From Mobula hypostoma (taxonomy: Eukaryota), in NCBI RefSeq assembly GCF_963921235.1, contig NC_086107.1, forward strand, positions 113,648,001 through 113,712,000: a stretch of DNA of 64,000 nucleotides. Direction: 5' to 3'. The notes under the pieces were generated by a model. That model did not search any database. It saw only the letters and a list, made by a program, of their open reading frames with translations, and had not been told where the DNA came from. The position numbers were made by a program, and so were the translations under genes. Positions 1 to 11,386 of the stretch are shown one piece after another; the stretch's first letter is position 1; every line of letters begins with the position of its first letter.

Positions 1-809
1 CACAACAAAATGGACGAACAACCAACATGCAAAAGACAACAAACTGTGAAAATACAAAAAAGAAAAATAAATAAATGCTATCGCGAATATGAGATGAAGA
101 GTCCTTGAAAGTGAGTCCAGAGCGTTGGCAGAAAGAACGACAGTCTACAAATCAGTGAATGCGAATGAATCAAGGATGGTTTAAGCAGACACTCTAATTG
201 TCTTTGTTCTTGCCGCGTGTTTGGGGATGGAGGCCGCCATTTTGTGAAGAAACTCTGTTCTCCAATTTGTGAGCTTGAATTTTTTTCTCTTGATTGATAT
301 TTTAAAGTAGGCGCAATGATGCTCCCAGTGATCTGCCGGACTAGAGATCGTTTCCAAATGAGAAGTTATTTGTGAAATGTTCTTTGTTTGGATATAACGT
401 ACAGGATTGCTGGGTTGGTGCTGGGCTGGAGTGATTCGAGCTCATTGCTGGTTGAGAACAAAGAGCCATAAATTATCGACAGTCACTTGCCGGGAGGAGG
501 GCAATAAATGGATGCTGGCTTGGAGCAGGGCCAGTAACAAGGTGGTAAAGGTCAGACACATGACCTGTTGCCAATGGCACTGGAATGCGATATTTGAATT
601 GATAAGGAATAGATGTAAAAGTGGATGCTTTGTGTGTGCTGGCAGTGGTAACTTCGAAGGGTAACCATCACAGATACAAGAACACATGGAGAGTCAATCA
701 GAACTATGAAAAATGCCTGGCCAGTGTAGACCCCTTTGCCCGGGTAATAACTTCGCTATTCTTTGACTAGTTCTCTGAGGAGAGCTAAGGCACCGGTGAC
801 CCCTGTTTC

Positions 810-1470
810 CATCCAGGAGGTCAGTGTGGACATGGTGGAGGATTACAAATACCCGGGGATATGAATTGACAATAAACTGGACTGGTCAAAGAACACTGAG
901 GCTGTCTACAAGAAGGGCCAGAGCCGTCTCTATTTCCTGAGGAGACTGAGGTCCTTTAACATCTGTCAGACGACGCTGAGGATGTTCTACAAGTCTGTGG
1001 TGGCCGGTACAATCATGTTTGCTGTTGTGTGCTGGGGCAGCAGGCTGAGGGTAGCAGACACCAACAGAATCAACAAACTCATTCGTAAGGCCAGTGATGT
1101 TGTGGGGATGAAACTGGACTCTCTCACGGTGGTGTCTGAAAAGAGGATGCTGTCCAAGTTGCATGCCATCTTGGTCAATGTCTCCCATCCACTACATAAT
1201 GTACTGGCTGGGCACAGGAGTACATTCAGCCAGAGATTCATTCCACCGAGATGCAGCACAGAGCGTCATAGGAAGTCATTCCTGCCTGTGGCCATCAAAC
1301 TTTACAACTCCTCCCTTGGAGGGTCAGACACCCTGAGCCAATAGGCTGGTCCTGGACTTATTTCCTGGCATAATTTACATATTACTATTTAATTATTTAT
1401 GGTGCAACTGTAACGAAAACCAATTTCCCCCGGGATCAATAAAGTATGACTCTAACTATGACTATGACTA
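810..1470 (+). mobile_element. Rex1/Babar-like LINE, 5'-truncated 3' end (ORF2 C-terminus, 3'UTR, ATGACT tail)
   Basis: ORF 982-1344 (MFYKSVVAGTIMFAVVCWG...RHRKSFLPVAIKLYN) matches the C-terminus typical of Rex1/Babar ORF2. It ends in AATAAA followed by (ATGACT)n. Near-identical copies at 8697-9258 and 54180-54805. Confidence 0.8.
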
Positions 1471-2074
1471 CTCAGGAGAGTCAGGGAAACTTAGAGGATA
1501 TGCACAAAAGGTATTTAATGTTTGAATTCACATCTTGTTAGTTTAAACAATAAAGGTACTTGTCAGTAAGTACAGATTCTCTCTCTCTGCCTCACTGACC
1601 ATTGATACAAGGGGTGATTCTTATAAAAATATGTTGTGGGAACAGTTCATTGCTGGGTTGAGTTGAGTAATCTCCTCTGGTTGAACATCCTGATGGTTGA
1701 GGAGTAGTAACTGTTCCTGAACCTGGTGGTGCGAGTCCTGAGACCCCTGTACCTTCTACCTGATGGCAGCAGCGAGAAGAGGGCATGGGCTGGGTGTGGG
1801 GGTCCTTGTTGGTGGATAGATGGATGGTATGAAGTGCAGGTTCAAGATCTTAACAAGGTAGAACTGTGAGGTCGGGAGGATGTCGACTAAGCGGTCTCCT
1901 TCCGTTCTGTAACCAGAGAAAAAGATTAAGATTAGATTTACTTGTCACATGTACATCAAAACCTTGAAACACACAGTCAAATGTGTTGCATTCGTCAACG
2001 ACCAACACAGTCCGAGTATCTGCTGGGGCCAGCTCACAGTGTCGCCATACAGCATGCCCACAACTCAGCAGCCC

Positions 2075-2225
2075 TACCCTATACATCTTTGGACTGTGGG
2101 GGAAAACTAGAGCAGCCGGAGGAGACCCGCACGGTCACGGGGAGAACGTACAAACTCCTTACAGACAGCACTGGGAATTGCCGTGCTAACATTCTACGCT
2201 AACCGCTAAGCTACCGTGCCACCCC
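2075..2225 (-). mobile_element. V-SINE (HE1-like) fragment
   Basis: Minus strand reads GGAGTTTGTACGTTCTCCCCGTGACCGTGCGGGTCTCCTCCGGCTGCTCTAGTTTTCCCCCACAGTCCAAAGA, resembling the V-domain. Related copies near 20400-20580, 36790-36990, 42085-42200, 53900-54110 and 58050-58230. Confidence 0.6.
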
Positions 2226-2349
2226 GCGTCATTCTGTGAACTTTCTGTGTGTAAATGACTGATAGATTTAATGAGTTTATCTCCATTTTAAATAGGAAGC
2301 AGTGTTTCTATATCCAAGGGCAGGTATAAGATCTGAGCAAATTGAATAG

Positions 2350-2686
2350 AAGGTACAAGAGCCTCAGGACTCGCACCACCAGGTTCTAGAACAGTTACTA
2401 CCCCTCAACCACCAGGCTCTTAAACAAAAGAGGATAATTACACTCATCTAACTCTGATGTTCCCACAATTGATAATCTCACTTTAAGGACTCTCTATCTT
2501 GTTATTTCACACTCTTGTTATTTATTGCTATTTATTTATATTTGCATTTGCGCAGTTTGTGGTTCAGTGATCCTGCTTACAGTTACTATTCTATAGATTT
2601 GCTGAGTATGCCTGCAGGAAAAAGAATTTCAGGATTGTGTGTGGTGACATGTATGTACTCTGATAATCGATTTTACTTTGACCTTT
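2350..2686 (+). mobile_element. Rex1-like LINE 3' end/3'UTR fragment
   Basis: Encodes RRYKSLRTRTTRF*NSYYPSTTRLLN, followed by the 3'UTR shared with 4830-5205. Confidence 0.55.
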
Positions 2687-3029
2687 GTATAGAGTGTCAT
2701 AGTTGAACTAAAGTGCACAAATATAATCAAATTTGTTTTTAGTTGTAACTCTTATCACACCCTACCTCATTAACATCTGGCGGCTGTTTTGGAACAGCTG
2801 ACCTCTTATTTATAGACTGTTTTGGTAAATTTTCTGAAAGGCTTAATGTTCCCATGAGACTGTGCAACTGAGCTCTCACGCACATCAAGCTGTCATACGA
2901 CGGCCTCAGTCCAATGTTGCCTTTTCAGGCCTTTTTTTTTACCAAAACAAGATATATTTCTTATCATCTGTCTATAGCAAAAATCTTTGGATTTTAGACA
3001 GGAAATGGCATCTTTCAGAGACATTTTCA

Positions 3030-3405
3030 CCCTCTCCCCCCCGTTCCTCTATTCCCCACTCTGTCCTCTTACCTCCTCTCACCTGCCTATCACCTTCCCC
3101 GGTGCCCCTCCTCCTTCCCTGTACCCCATGGTCCACTCTCCTCTCCTATCAGATTCCTTCCTCCCCTGACCTTGACCTTTCCACCCGCCTTGACCTATCA
3201 CCTTCCAGCTGGCCTCCTTCTCCACCCCCCCACCTTTTTATTCTGGCATCTTCCCCCTCCTTTTCCAGTCCCGAAGAAGGATCTCAGCCTGAAACATTGG
3301 CTACGTACTCATTTCCATAGATGCTACCGGACTTGCTGACATCCTCCTGCATTTTGTGTATGCTGCTCCGGATTTACAGTGTCTGCAGACTTCCTGATGT
3401 TTATC
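3030..3405 (+). mobile_element. Penelope-like pLTR fragment with degenerate hammerhead
   Basis: Pyrimidine-rich tract, then CAGTCCCGAAGAAGGATCTCAGCCTGAAACATTGGC and ...ATAGATGCT...GCATTTTGTG, homologous to pLTRs attached to GIY-YIG-coding sequence elsewhere in the window. Confidence 0.65.
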
Positions 3406-3419
3406 TTTTCAGAGGAGAT

Positions 3420-5207
3420 GTTTGTCATTCATCCCCTCAAAACTAATCAATAAGCTTCAAGACCTTAGCCTCAATAACTCCTTATGCAATTGGATCATTG
3501 ATTTTCGTAGTTGCAGACCCCAGTCAGTTCAGATTGGCAACATCTCCTCCACAATCTCCAGCAGCACTGGTGCACCACAGGCCTGTGTGCTTAGCCCACT
3601 GCTCTACTCACGTTACACTTATGACTGAGTGGCGAAGGACGGCTCCAATGCCATATTCAAGGTGGTGACAAATCAGCATATAGGAGGGAGATTGAAAATC
3701 TGGCTGAGTAGTGCCACAACAACAACCTCTCACTCAATGTCAGGAGGGGAGGAGAAGATGGCGGCACGACGCAGCGCGCGTGGCCGCTCCGAATTGATAT
3801 TGTATTTGTTAAATAGGGGCCGTGCACAATCCTGATTTGATGGAGACAGATGTGAAGAAGCACGGAGGAACACCTGGATTAACTTCTGAAATGCCCGCTT
3901 CGCTGCCGCTGCTACTGTGCAATCGAGAATCTCCTGAGGGGAAGGCCCCAAATCCTCGGCTTTGCCTATTGCCTGTTGCCGGGGCCGGGGTCGAAGCGCT
4001 CGGCAGAGATGGTGCTCGGTGCTCGGTGTCGGAGAGCCGGTCGGAGGCTCGAAGTTTTCGGATGGACTTGGAGTCGGACTGTGATCGGGTGCTTCCAGGG
4101 TGCTGCATCGGCAAGTTTGCGGCGCTGGAAGCTCATGGCAGGGAGAGTTTCTCCCTTCTACCATCTGTGTGAGGTGAAGGGACTTTGGAGAGACTTTGAG
4201 ACTTTTTTTTACCATGCCCATGGTCTGTTCTTCATCAAATTATGGTATTGCTTTGCACTGTTGTAACCATATGTTATAATTATGTGGTTTTTGTCAGTTT
4301 TTTTTAGTCTTGGTTTGTCTTATGTTTATCATTCTGGAGGAACAAATTGTATTATTTCTTAATGCATGCATTACTAAATGACAATAAAAGAGGACTTCAT
4401 GTCCTCATAATCTAATGTCAGCAAGACCAGGAAGCTGATTATTGACTTTAGGAGGAGGAAACTAGAGGTCCATGAGCCAGTCCTCTTTAGGGGGATCAGA
4501 GGTGGAGAGGCTCAGCAATTTTACTTCCTTAGGAGTTTACAAAGACTCTGCATGACACCCAGAGAAACTTCTATAGATGTTTGACAAACTTCTATAGATG
4601 TGTAATGGAGAGTATGTTGACTGGCTGCATCATAGCCTGGTATTGAAGCAGCAACACCCTTGGACAGAATATCTTACAAAATGTAGTGGGTATGGCCCAG
4701 TCTATCGCAGGTAAAGCCCTCCCAGCCGTTGAGCACATCTACATGAAACACTGCCGTAGGAAAGCAGCCTCCATCATCAGGGACCCCCACCACTAATGAC
4801 ACGCTCTCTTCTCACTCTGCCATCAGGAAGAAGGCACAGGAGTCTTCGATCCCACAGCACCAGCCTCAGGAACAGTTATTACCCCTCAACCATCAGGCTC
4901 TTGAACCAGTGGGGATGACTTGCCCCATCACTGAGCTGTTCCCACAACCAGCGGACTCACTTTCAAGGACTCTTCATCTCGTTCTTGATATTCATTGCTT
5001 ATTTATTTATCATTATTATTTCTTATTGTATTTGTACTATTTGTTGTCTTCTGCATATTGTTTGTCTGCCCTGTTGGTATGGCCTTTCATTGATTCTATT
5101 ATAGTTATGGGATTTATTGAGTATTCCCGGAAGGAAATGAACTTCAGGGTTGAAATATGGTGACATACAAGTACTTTGATAATAAAGTCATTTTGAACTT
5201 TGAACTT
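3420..5207 (+). mobile_element. Decayed Rex1/Babar-like LINE (RT C-terminal half, 3'UTR, TTTGAAC tail), interrupted at 3744-4413
   Basis: Translation [26 protein letters not shown]...[19 protein letters not shown] contains RT motifs. The reading resumes after the insert (NVSKTRKLIIDFRR). Tail TTTGAACTTTGAACTTT. Confidence 0.75.
3744..4413 (+). mobile_element. Non-autonomous ~670-bp retroposon with CpG-rich AAGATGGCGGC head
   Basis: Flanked by TSD AATGTCAG (3736-3743 / 4414-4421). Has a CAATAAA...CATAATCTAAT tail. A second full copy lies at 24818-25511. Confidence 0.75.
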
Positions 5208-5443
5208 TCCCCATTCCATCGTGGTTGATTTATTATCCTGTTCAACCCCATTCTCCTGCCTTCTCCCTGTAACCTTTGACACCCTGACTAATCAAGAAAC
5301 TATCTACCTCTTCTTTAAAAATACTCAATGATCTGACCTTCACAGCTGTCTGTGGCAATGAATTCTGTAGATTCACTACCCTCTGGTTAAAGAAATCCCT
5401 CATCATCTCCATTCTAAGTGGATGTCCGTCTGGTCCTAGAAAT

Positions 5444-5650
5444 AGCCAGCTGGTGTGATAGTGGCATCAGCACTGGACCTGGAGGCGAATGGTCCCAGGT
5501 TCGAATCCGGCCGGCTCCCGGCACGCTTTCGATCCACGCTGGGTCGAGCGCCGAACTAGCAACTCAGCCTCGTAAAAAACAGACCGAGTGCGAAAGAGAC
5601 GGCGAGGTTACCACCTGGTGCGTCACAAAGCGTGGAGGTGAATACCAATA
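5444..5650 (+). mobile_element. tRNA-derived SINE
   Basis: A-box-like TGGTGTGATAGTGG and B box GGTTCGAATCC. Same head as the copies at 52754-52980 and 55062-55324. Confidence 0.7.
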
Positions 5651-6189
5651 ACTATAGGAAACAATCTCTCCACATCAATTGTACCTCGGCCTTCCAATAG
5701 ATCTCCCCATAGGTTTCAGTGGGATCTCCCCATCTTGATTCCAATTTATAGTCACTGCTCTTCTCCTGTGAATCACCACATTTCTACTTTCACTTCTTAT
5801 TTTTGTGTCTATCTAAAAACTTTTTCAACACCACTGCTACCCCTGATAACCCACTACAGGTTACTACATGCTTCCAGCTACTCTATCTGTAAAAAACCTG
5901 TCTCTCACATCGCTTCTACACTCGCCTCCTTTCAAATGTAGAATCATGTCCTCTGGTGTTAGACATTTCCACCCCACCTCCCCGGAGAATGATTCTCACT
6001 GTCTACCTTATCTATGCCTCACAGATTTTTGAGAACCTCTCTCAGGTCTCCCCCCAGCCTCCAATGCTGTAGGGAAGAACAACATAAGTTTGTTCAGCCT
6101 TATAATTCATTTCCTCTTATCCTGGCTGCATCCCGGTAAAGCGTCCTTTCCACAGTCTCCATCTTTGACCTGTAATTGTGATTGTGACT

Positions 6190-6570
6190 CCCTCCGTTGG
6201 CCAGTGTCGACCCCGGATGTTGTGTCCCAGCCGTCTACGTGACACGCAAGCCCGGACAGTATGATATGGGGAGCAAGCTGTTGCCCATGCAGTAGGCTCC
6301 TCCTCTCCATGCAGCTGATGAATCCAAATCAATGGCACAGACTGATACAGTTTGGCACCAAGCGGTGTCGCAGGAGTTGCCAGTTAACATTGAACTCAAG
6401 GAGCCTTGGTCACTTCAGCTCCAGATTTTTCCATTGGGGTTTACTCCCAAAGCCTTCCCCATGAGTGGGTGTAGCCACAAGGCAGCGGAGGTTTGAGGTC
6501 AGAGTTTTCCTTCTCCTAGATGAGCTGCCAACCACAGGCCAGTCCAATCTGCCTGAAGCAACTGGTTGGT
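6190..6570 (-). mobile_element. RTE-5'UTR-like interspersed repeat
   Basis: Minus strand has GGCAGCTCATCTAGGAGAAGGAAAACTCTGACCTCAAACCTCCGCTGCC. Homologous to 21975-22215 (-) and 42570-42950 (+). Confidence 0.5.
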
Positions 6571-8696
6571 AACTGGGCAGGGATTTCTTCAAACAAGCCT
6601 CATTGAAATCCCCAACCATGACATGAAATCCCGGGATGGGCTGTTTCTAGTTTGGTGACAGCATCATGCAGTATCTCAAGCGCTTGATTATAGTCAGCCG
6701 ATGGTGAGATGTAACCTGCGGTTATGATCACAGATGGGAATTCCCTTGGTAAATAGAACAGATGGCATTTGATCGTTAGGTGTTAGTAAAGCTGACTCGA
6801 TGGACTGAATGGCCTAATTCTGCTCCTATGCCTTATAGTTCAATAGTTCCATTTATTATCAGAGAATATAGATAATATGCAACCTGAAATTCTTACCCTC
6901 CACAGACATCCTCGAAACAGAAGAAAACCCCCAAAGAATGAGTGACAGAAAAAAAACATAAGAACCCCAAAGCTCCCACCCCCTCCCATGCACAAGCAGC
7001 AGCAATCCCCCTCCCCACCACCCACCATGAAAATAACAGCAAAGCCCCCAAAGAGAGACCATGGCCTACCGTGCATCAAAAACCAGCTGGTCATTCCAAC
7101 TTTTCAACATCCAGCAGGCCCTCCCTCTGACTAACAAGGGACAAATATCAGTCGCTATTTCGATGTTACAGTCAGTCTGAAGTATTGCTTTTTACTTCGA
7201 GCCACCTGACTCAAGAACTGACAGTAAACTCGAGAGAGAGAAATCGATTGTTCACCCAGTGCAGAGCCCTTCTGACAGCCACTCTAGCTGTCTTTGATGT
7301 TCCGGCTCCCACTACACTTCGGCTCGTAACACCAGCAAGATCCGTGTCCACAGGGCCGCGCAGGGCCCCGAAGGCACCCGACTTCAACTCGAACCTGGAC
7401 ATACGCAAAAACCGCTGACTGGCTAAGATTTGCACAATGCGATGGGCTGAATGGCCAGTCCAGTGTTGCACCATTCCATGTTTGACGTTCAGTGTTATCC
7501 TGCTTTTGCAAACAACAACAGAGAGATCACATGGTTTGTCACAGACTAGATGGGCTGAAGGTCCTATTTCTGTGCTGTACTTTTTTATGATTTTAAGACA
7601 AATACTGCAACACCAGCAGAATTTATTTTAAACTATGAGCAGCCCCCTCAATAAACAAGCTCTTTGCTTCTCTCCTTATCGTCCTAAATTTGGAAAGTCA
7701 AATTAGCATACAGAAGTGTTTTTTCACTTATTTGCACAGTTGTTTAAGCTGTATGGCACTTGGCACTTTGCATTTGGGCCTCCGTCCAACCCAACAGTCC
7801 GTCAGCCCAAGGAGACAAACCTTCCTTTCTCAGAAATGCTGCTCCCTTGCCTCCGACATACTGAGAAATCAAGTTCAGATTTGAAATGATGACTTGTAAA
7901 ATTGATCTCATCTTGCTAGTGTGCTCCTCTCCTTCAAGTCTACCCAGAACCTTCGACTCGCTCTATAAGTTGTCGAACATGCCATGTACTATGAAGAAAA
8001 CTTCACAGAATTTCATAAGTATTCATAGTTTTAAAAATTTCCAACAATATTTCAGTAACTTCACGTTTTTTTCTAAATCTTCCCACAGCTTACTGAAATT
8101 TATACATCAGTAATATTCTATAGCTCATGAGGAAGAGAAACAGAGTTAATATCTCAGCCAGTAGACTTTGTATTCGATTTTGCTAAAGTTTGATCCAATT
8201 CAGAATCAAGTTTAATATCACCAGCATAAGTTCTAAAATGTTTTGTACGATGGCAGCCATATAGTTCAATACATAAGAACGTCTGGTGACAGCGTGGAGA
8301 GACAGCGGACAGCCAGGAAAGACTGCCACGGGGGGTGTCGGGATTGGCAGTCTGGGCACCAGCTCAGAAGAGCACCCACCTCTCGAAGCTTCTAGTTTAC
8401 ACGGAGAAACATACCCCTCGGGGTCCTCTGAGAGGGAGGGAGAATGATGGACCCAATCGGACGGATATAGTTAATTACAGGGAACGACTATGACCAAGAG
8501 CTAGGATAAGAGGCTCTGAGTGTCCAGTGTGTTGGTGTGGGAGAGCGTTTTCCAGCATTAAGGGTTTATGAGTCCACCAAGCAAAGTTGAGGTGCTATTC
8601 CATCCCAGTGGATGAAGATGAGATTACTTCACCAAGCACAGATGATGTGGTCTTCTCAACCACTGATTCACAAGCCACAGCGATTCGCTCTGGAGA

Positions 8697-9258
8697 GAGT
8701 CATAGTCATAGTCATACTTTATTGATCCCGGGGGAAACTGGTTTTTGTTACAGTTGCACCATAAATAATTAAATAGTAATAATAAAACCATAAATAGTGA
8801 AATAGTAATATGTAAATTATGCCAGTTGGAAGTAAGTCCAGGACCAGCCTATTGGCTCAGGGTGTCTGACCCTCCAAGGGAGGAGTTGTAAAGTTTGATG
8901 GCCACAGGCAGGAATGACTTCCTATGACGCTCTGTGTTGCATCTCGGTGGAATGAGTCTCTGGCTGAATGTACTCCTGTGCCCACCCAGTCCATTATGTA
9001 GTGAATGGGAGACATTGTCCAAGATGGCATGCAACTTAGACAGCATCCTCTTTTCAGACACCACCGTCAGAGAGTCCAGTTCCATCCCCACATCACTGGC
9101 CTTACGAATGAGTTTGTTGATTCTGTTGGTGTCTGCTACCCTCAGCCTGCTGCCCCAGCACACAACAGCAAACATGATAGCACTGGCCACCACAGACTCG
9201 TAGAACATCCTCAGCATCGTCTGGCAGATGTTAAAGGACCTCAGTCTCCTCAGGAAAT
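8697..9258 (-). mobile_element. Rex1/Babar-like LINE 3' end nested in the Hero-type element
   Basis: ORF 8849-9268(-) YFLRRLRSFNICQTMLRMFYESVVASAIMF... with an (ATGACT)n tail at ~8697-8716. Confidence 0.8.
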
Positions 9259-11227
9259 ACTCCATCACACTCCAGGTCAGACAAGAGATAACCCAGGTCA
9301 GGTTTCAGACCACAGTACCCAGGTAGATCCTTCGCATGATGGCGGTGGTGAGGAGGTAGAGAAGAAGAGGAAGGTCAAGTGGACAGCAATGGCAGATGAG
9401 AAGGCTTGGCGTGTGTTTGATGAGGATATCAGTATGATGTTGGAGAACACTCTCAGGGGAACGTCAAAGAGAAAGTTGGAAGTGATGGGTGATATGATTT
9501 ACGATGTTGGAAAGTACAGGTTTGGTTTGGTTGAGCTGAAGAAAGCAAAGCCTACACAGTAACCAAGCAGGCGCCAGAAGGAGATTAGTAGGTTGAGGAG
9601 AGATCGTTGAGACAGAGGTGGAAGGTAGCAGCTGAGGGTGACAAGCCAGGGCTTACTGATCTCTGAGAGCATTTTCGAATAAAGTTAACATCACTCCGTC
9701 GTGCAGAGTCACAACGTAAAAAGAGAAAGAAGAGAGAGAAGGCAAGAAAGTCGTTCTTTGAGAACCCTCATGGGTTCACAAAGAAACTGTTTGAACAAAG
9801 TAAGAGCGGGCAGCTTAACATCTCTCAACAAGAACTTGAGGATCACCTGGCAAGCACTTACTCTAACGAACAACGGGAGGCTCCTTTGCTTGACATTTCA
9901 GGGCTTGTGAAGCCTACCAAGCCAGGAGTGAAGTTCAATCTGTCAGAACCCAAACCGGCAGAAGTCGAACGGTTCATCAGAAAGGCAAGGTCAGGCTCAG
10001 TGCCAGGACCTAATGGAGTGCCGTATAACGCGTTCAGGAAGTGTGAACAGCTGAGGAAATACTTGTGGAGATTGTTGAAGGTGGTGTGGAGACAAGGTGT
10101 TGTTCCTTTGTCATGGAGTGAGGCTGAAGGAGTATACATCCCGAAGGAAGAGAATTCTTCTACATTGAATCAGTTCCGACCAATTTTACTCCTGAATGTA
10201 GAGGGGAAGATTATGTTTGGCATTCTGGCAGAAAGAATATCTTCATTTGTGATTGAGAATGGATTAGTAAATACATCTGTGCAGAAGGCAGGAGTACCAG
10301 GCTTCCCAGGATGCCTTGAACATTCTAGTATGATATGGCATACCATCCAGGAGTCAAAAAGGTTGAGAAGAAATCTGGCTGTAGTTTGGCTTGATCTGGC
10401 AAATGCGTGTGGTTCTGTTCCCCATGTCCTGATTGAGTTTGCGATGGAATTCCTATGGATTCCTGCTAAGGTGAGGAACTTTGTTACAACGATTTCCAGA
10501 TGACATTTTCCACTCAGCAGTTTACAACTAGGTGCAAGAGATTGGATGTTGGAATCCCAATGGGATGTGCAATTTCACCCATCCTTTTTGTGTTAGCCAT
10601 AGAGGTCATTGTGAGGGCTGCAGAATCAGTGGGACTAGGTGAGGAGTTACCACCAATACGAGCGTTCATGGATGACCTTACCCTTTTGGGTCCCAGCATG
10701 GAGGTAGTGGAAAATGTACTATCTAGACTCAAGAAGCTGATGGATTGGGGAAGAATGAAGTTCAAGATCAAGAAGTCAAGGAGCCTTGTTCTTAGGAGAG
10801 GAAAGCTGGTTGACTTTCACTTCACCCTTTGTGGAGAGGAGATTCCATCCATTCAGGACCAACCAGTTAAGAGCCTTGGGCGATGGTACACAGAGGAGCT
10901 GAGAGACACCAAGAGGGTTCAAGAGACAGGAGAACAGATCAGCAGAGGTCTGATGTCTGTTGACAAGTGTGGCTTGCCTGGCAAGTTGAAGTTGTGGTGC
11001 TTGCAGTATGGACTGATGCCACGGATAATGTGGCCACTAACTGTCTATGAAGTGACAATGTCCCATGTTGAGGCAATGGAATGGAAGATCAACAAGTATG
11101 TGAAGAAGTGGCTTGGAGTACCGAGCAGCCTCACCAATGTTGCAATCCACAGTAGCCAGACAAAGCTTACCATCCCAGTGCAATCCCTTGTTGAAGAGGT
11201 CAAGGTAGCCAAAGTAAGATCATTCTT

Positions 11228-11386
11228 TTCAGGCCGAGACCCTTCGACAGAGTCCTGACGAAGGGTCTCGGCCTGAAACGTCGACTGTACCTCTTCCTAG
11301 AGATGCAGCCTGACCTGCTGCGTTCACCAGCAACTTTGATGTGTGTTGCTTGAATTTCCAGCATCTTCAGAATTCCTGTTGTTTGT
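11228..11386 (+). mobile_element. Penelope-like pLTR mini-insertion (short inverted piece plus forward pLTR end)
   Basis: Perfect 14-bp TSD GTAAGATCATTCTT (11214-11227 / 11387-11400). Removing the insert and one TSD copy restores the host frame KVRSFLMLRDSKD. Confidence 0.85.
11251..11286 (+). ncRNA. Minimal type I hammerhead ribozyme (intact fold)
   Basis: AGUC-CUGACGA-AGG(GUCUCGG)CCU-GAAAC-GUC-GACU: stem I AGUC/GACU, CUGANGA and GAAA core boxes, 3-bp stem II, palindromic ACGU in place of stem III, predicted cleavage after GUC (C11282). Confidence 0.8.

Noticed and set aside
2766..2833. Possible minus-strand exon ending GAG|GTAGGG
   Set aside because: Weak acceptor, unrecognised peptide (NLPKQSINKRSAVPKQPPDVNE), and no supporting neighbouring exons.
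5444..5520. tRNA genes at 5444, 35730-35806, 52754 and 55250-55324
   Set aside because: A/B boxes are present, but the heads continue into SINE bodies, three of them with TSDs, and I found no convincing cloverleaf.
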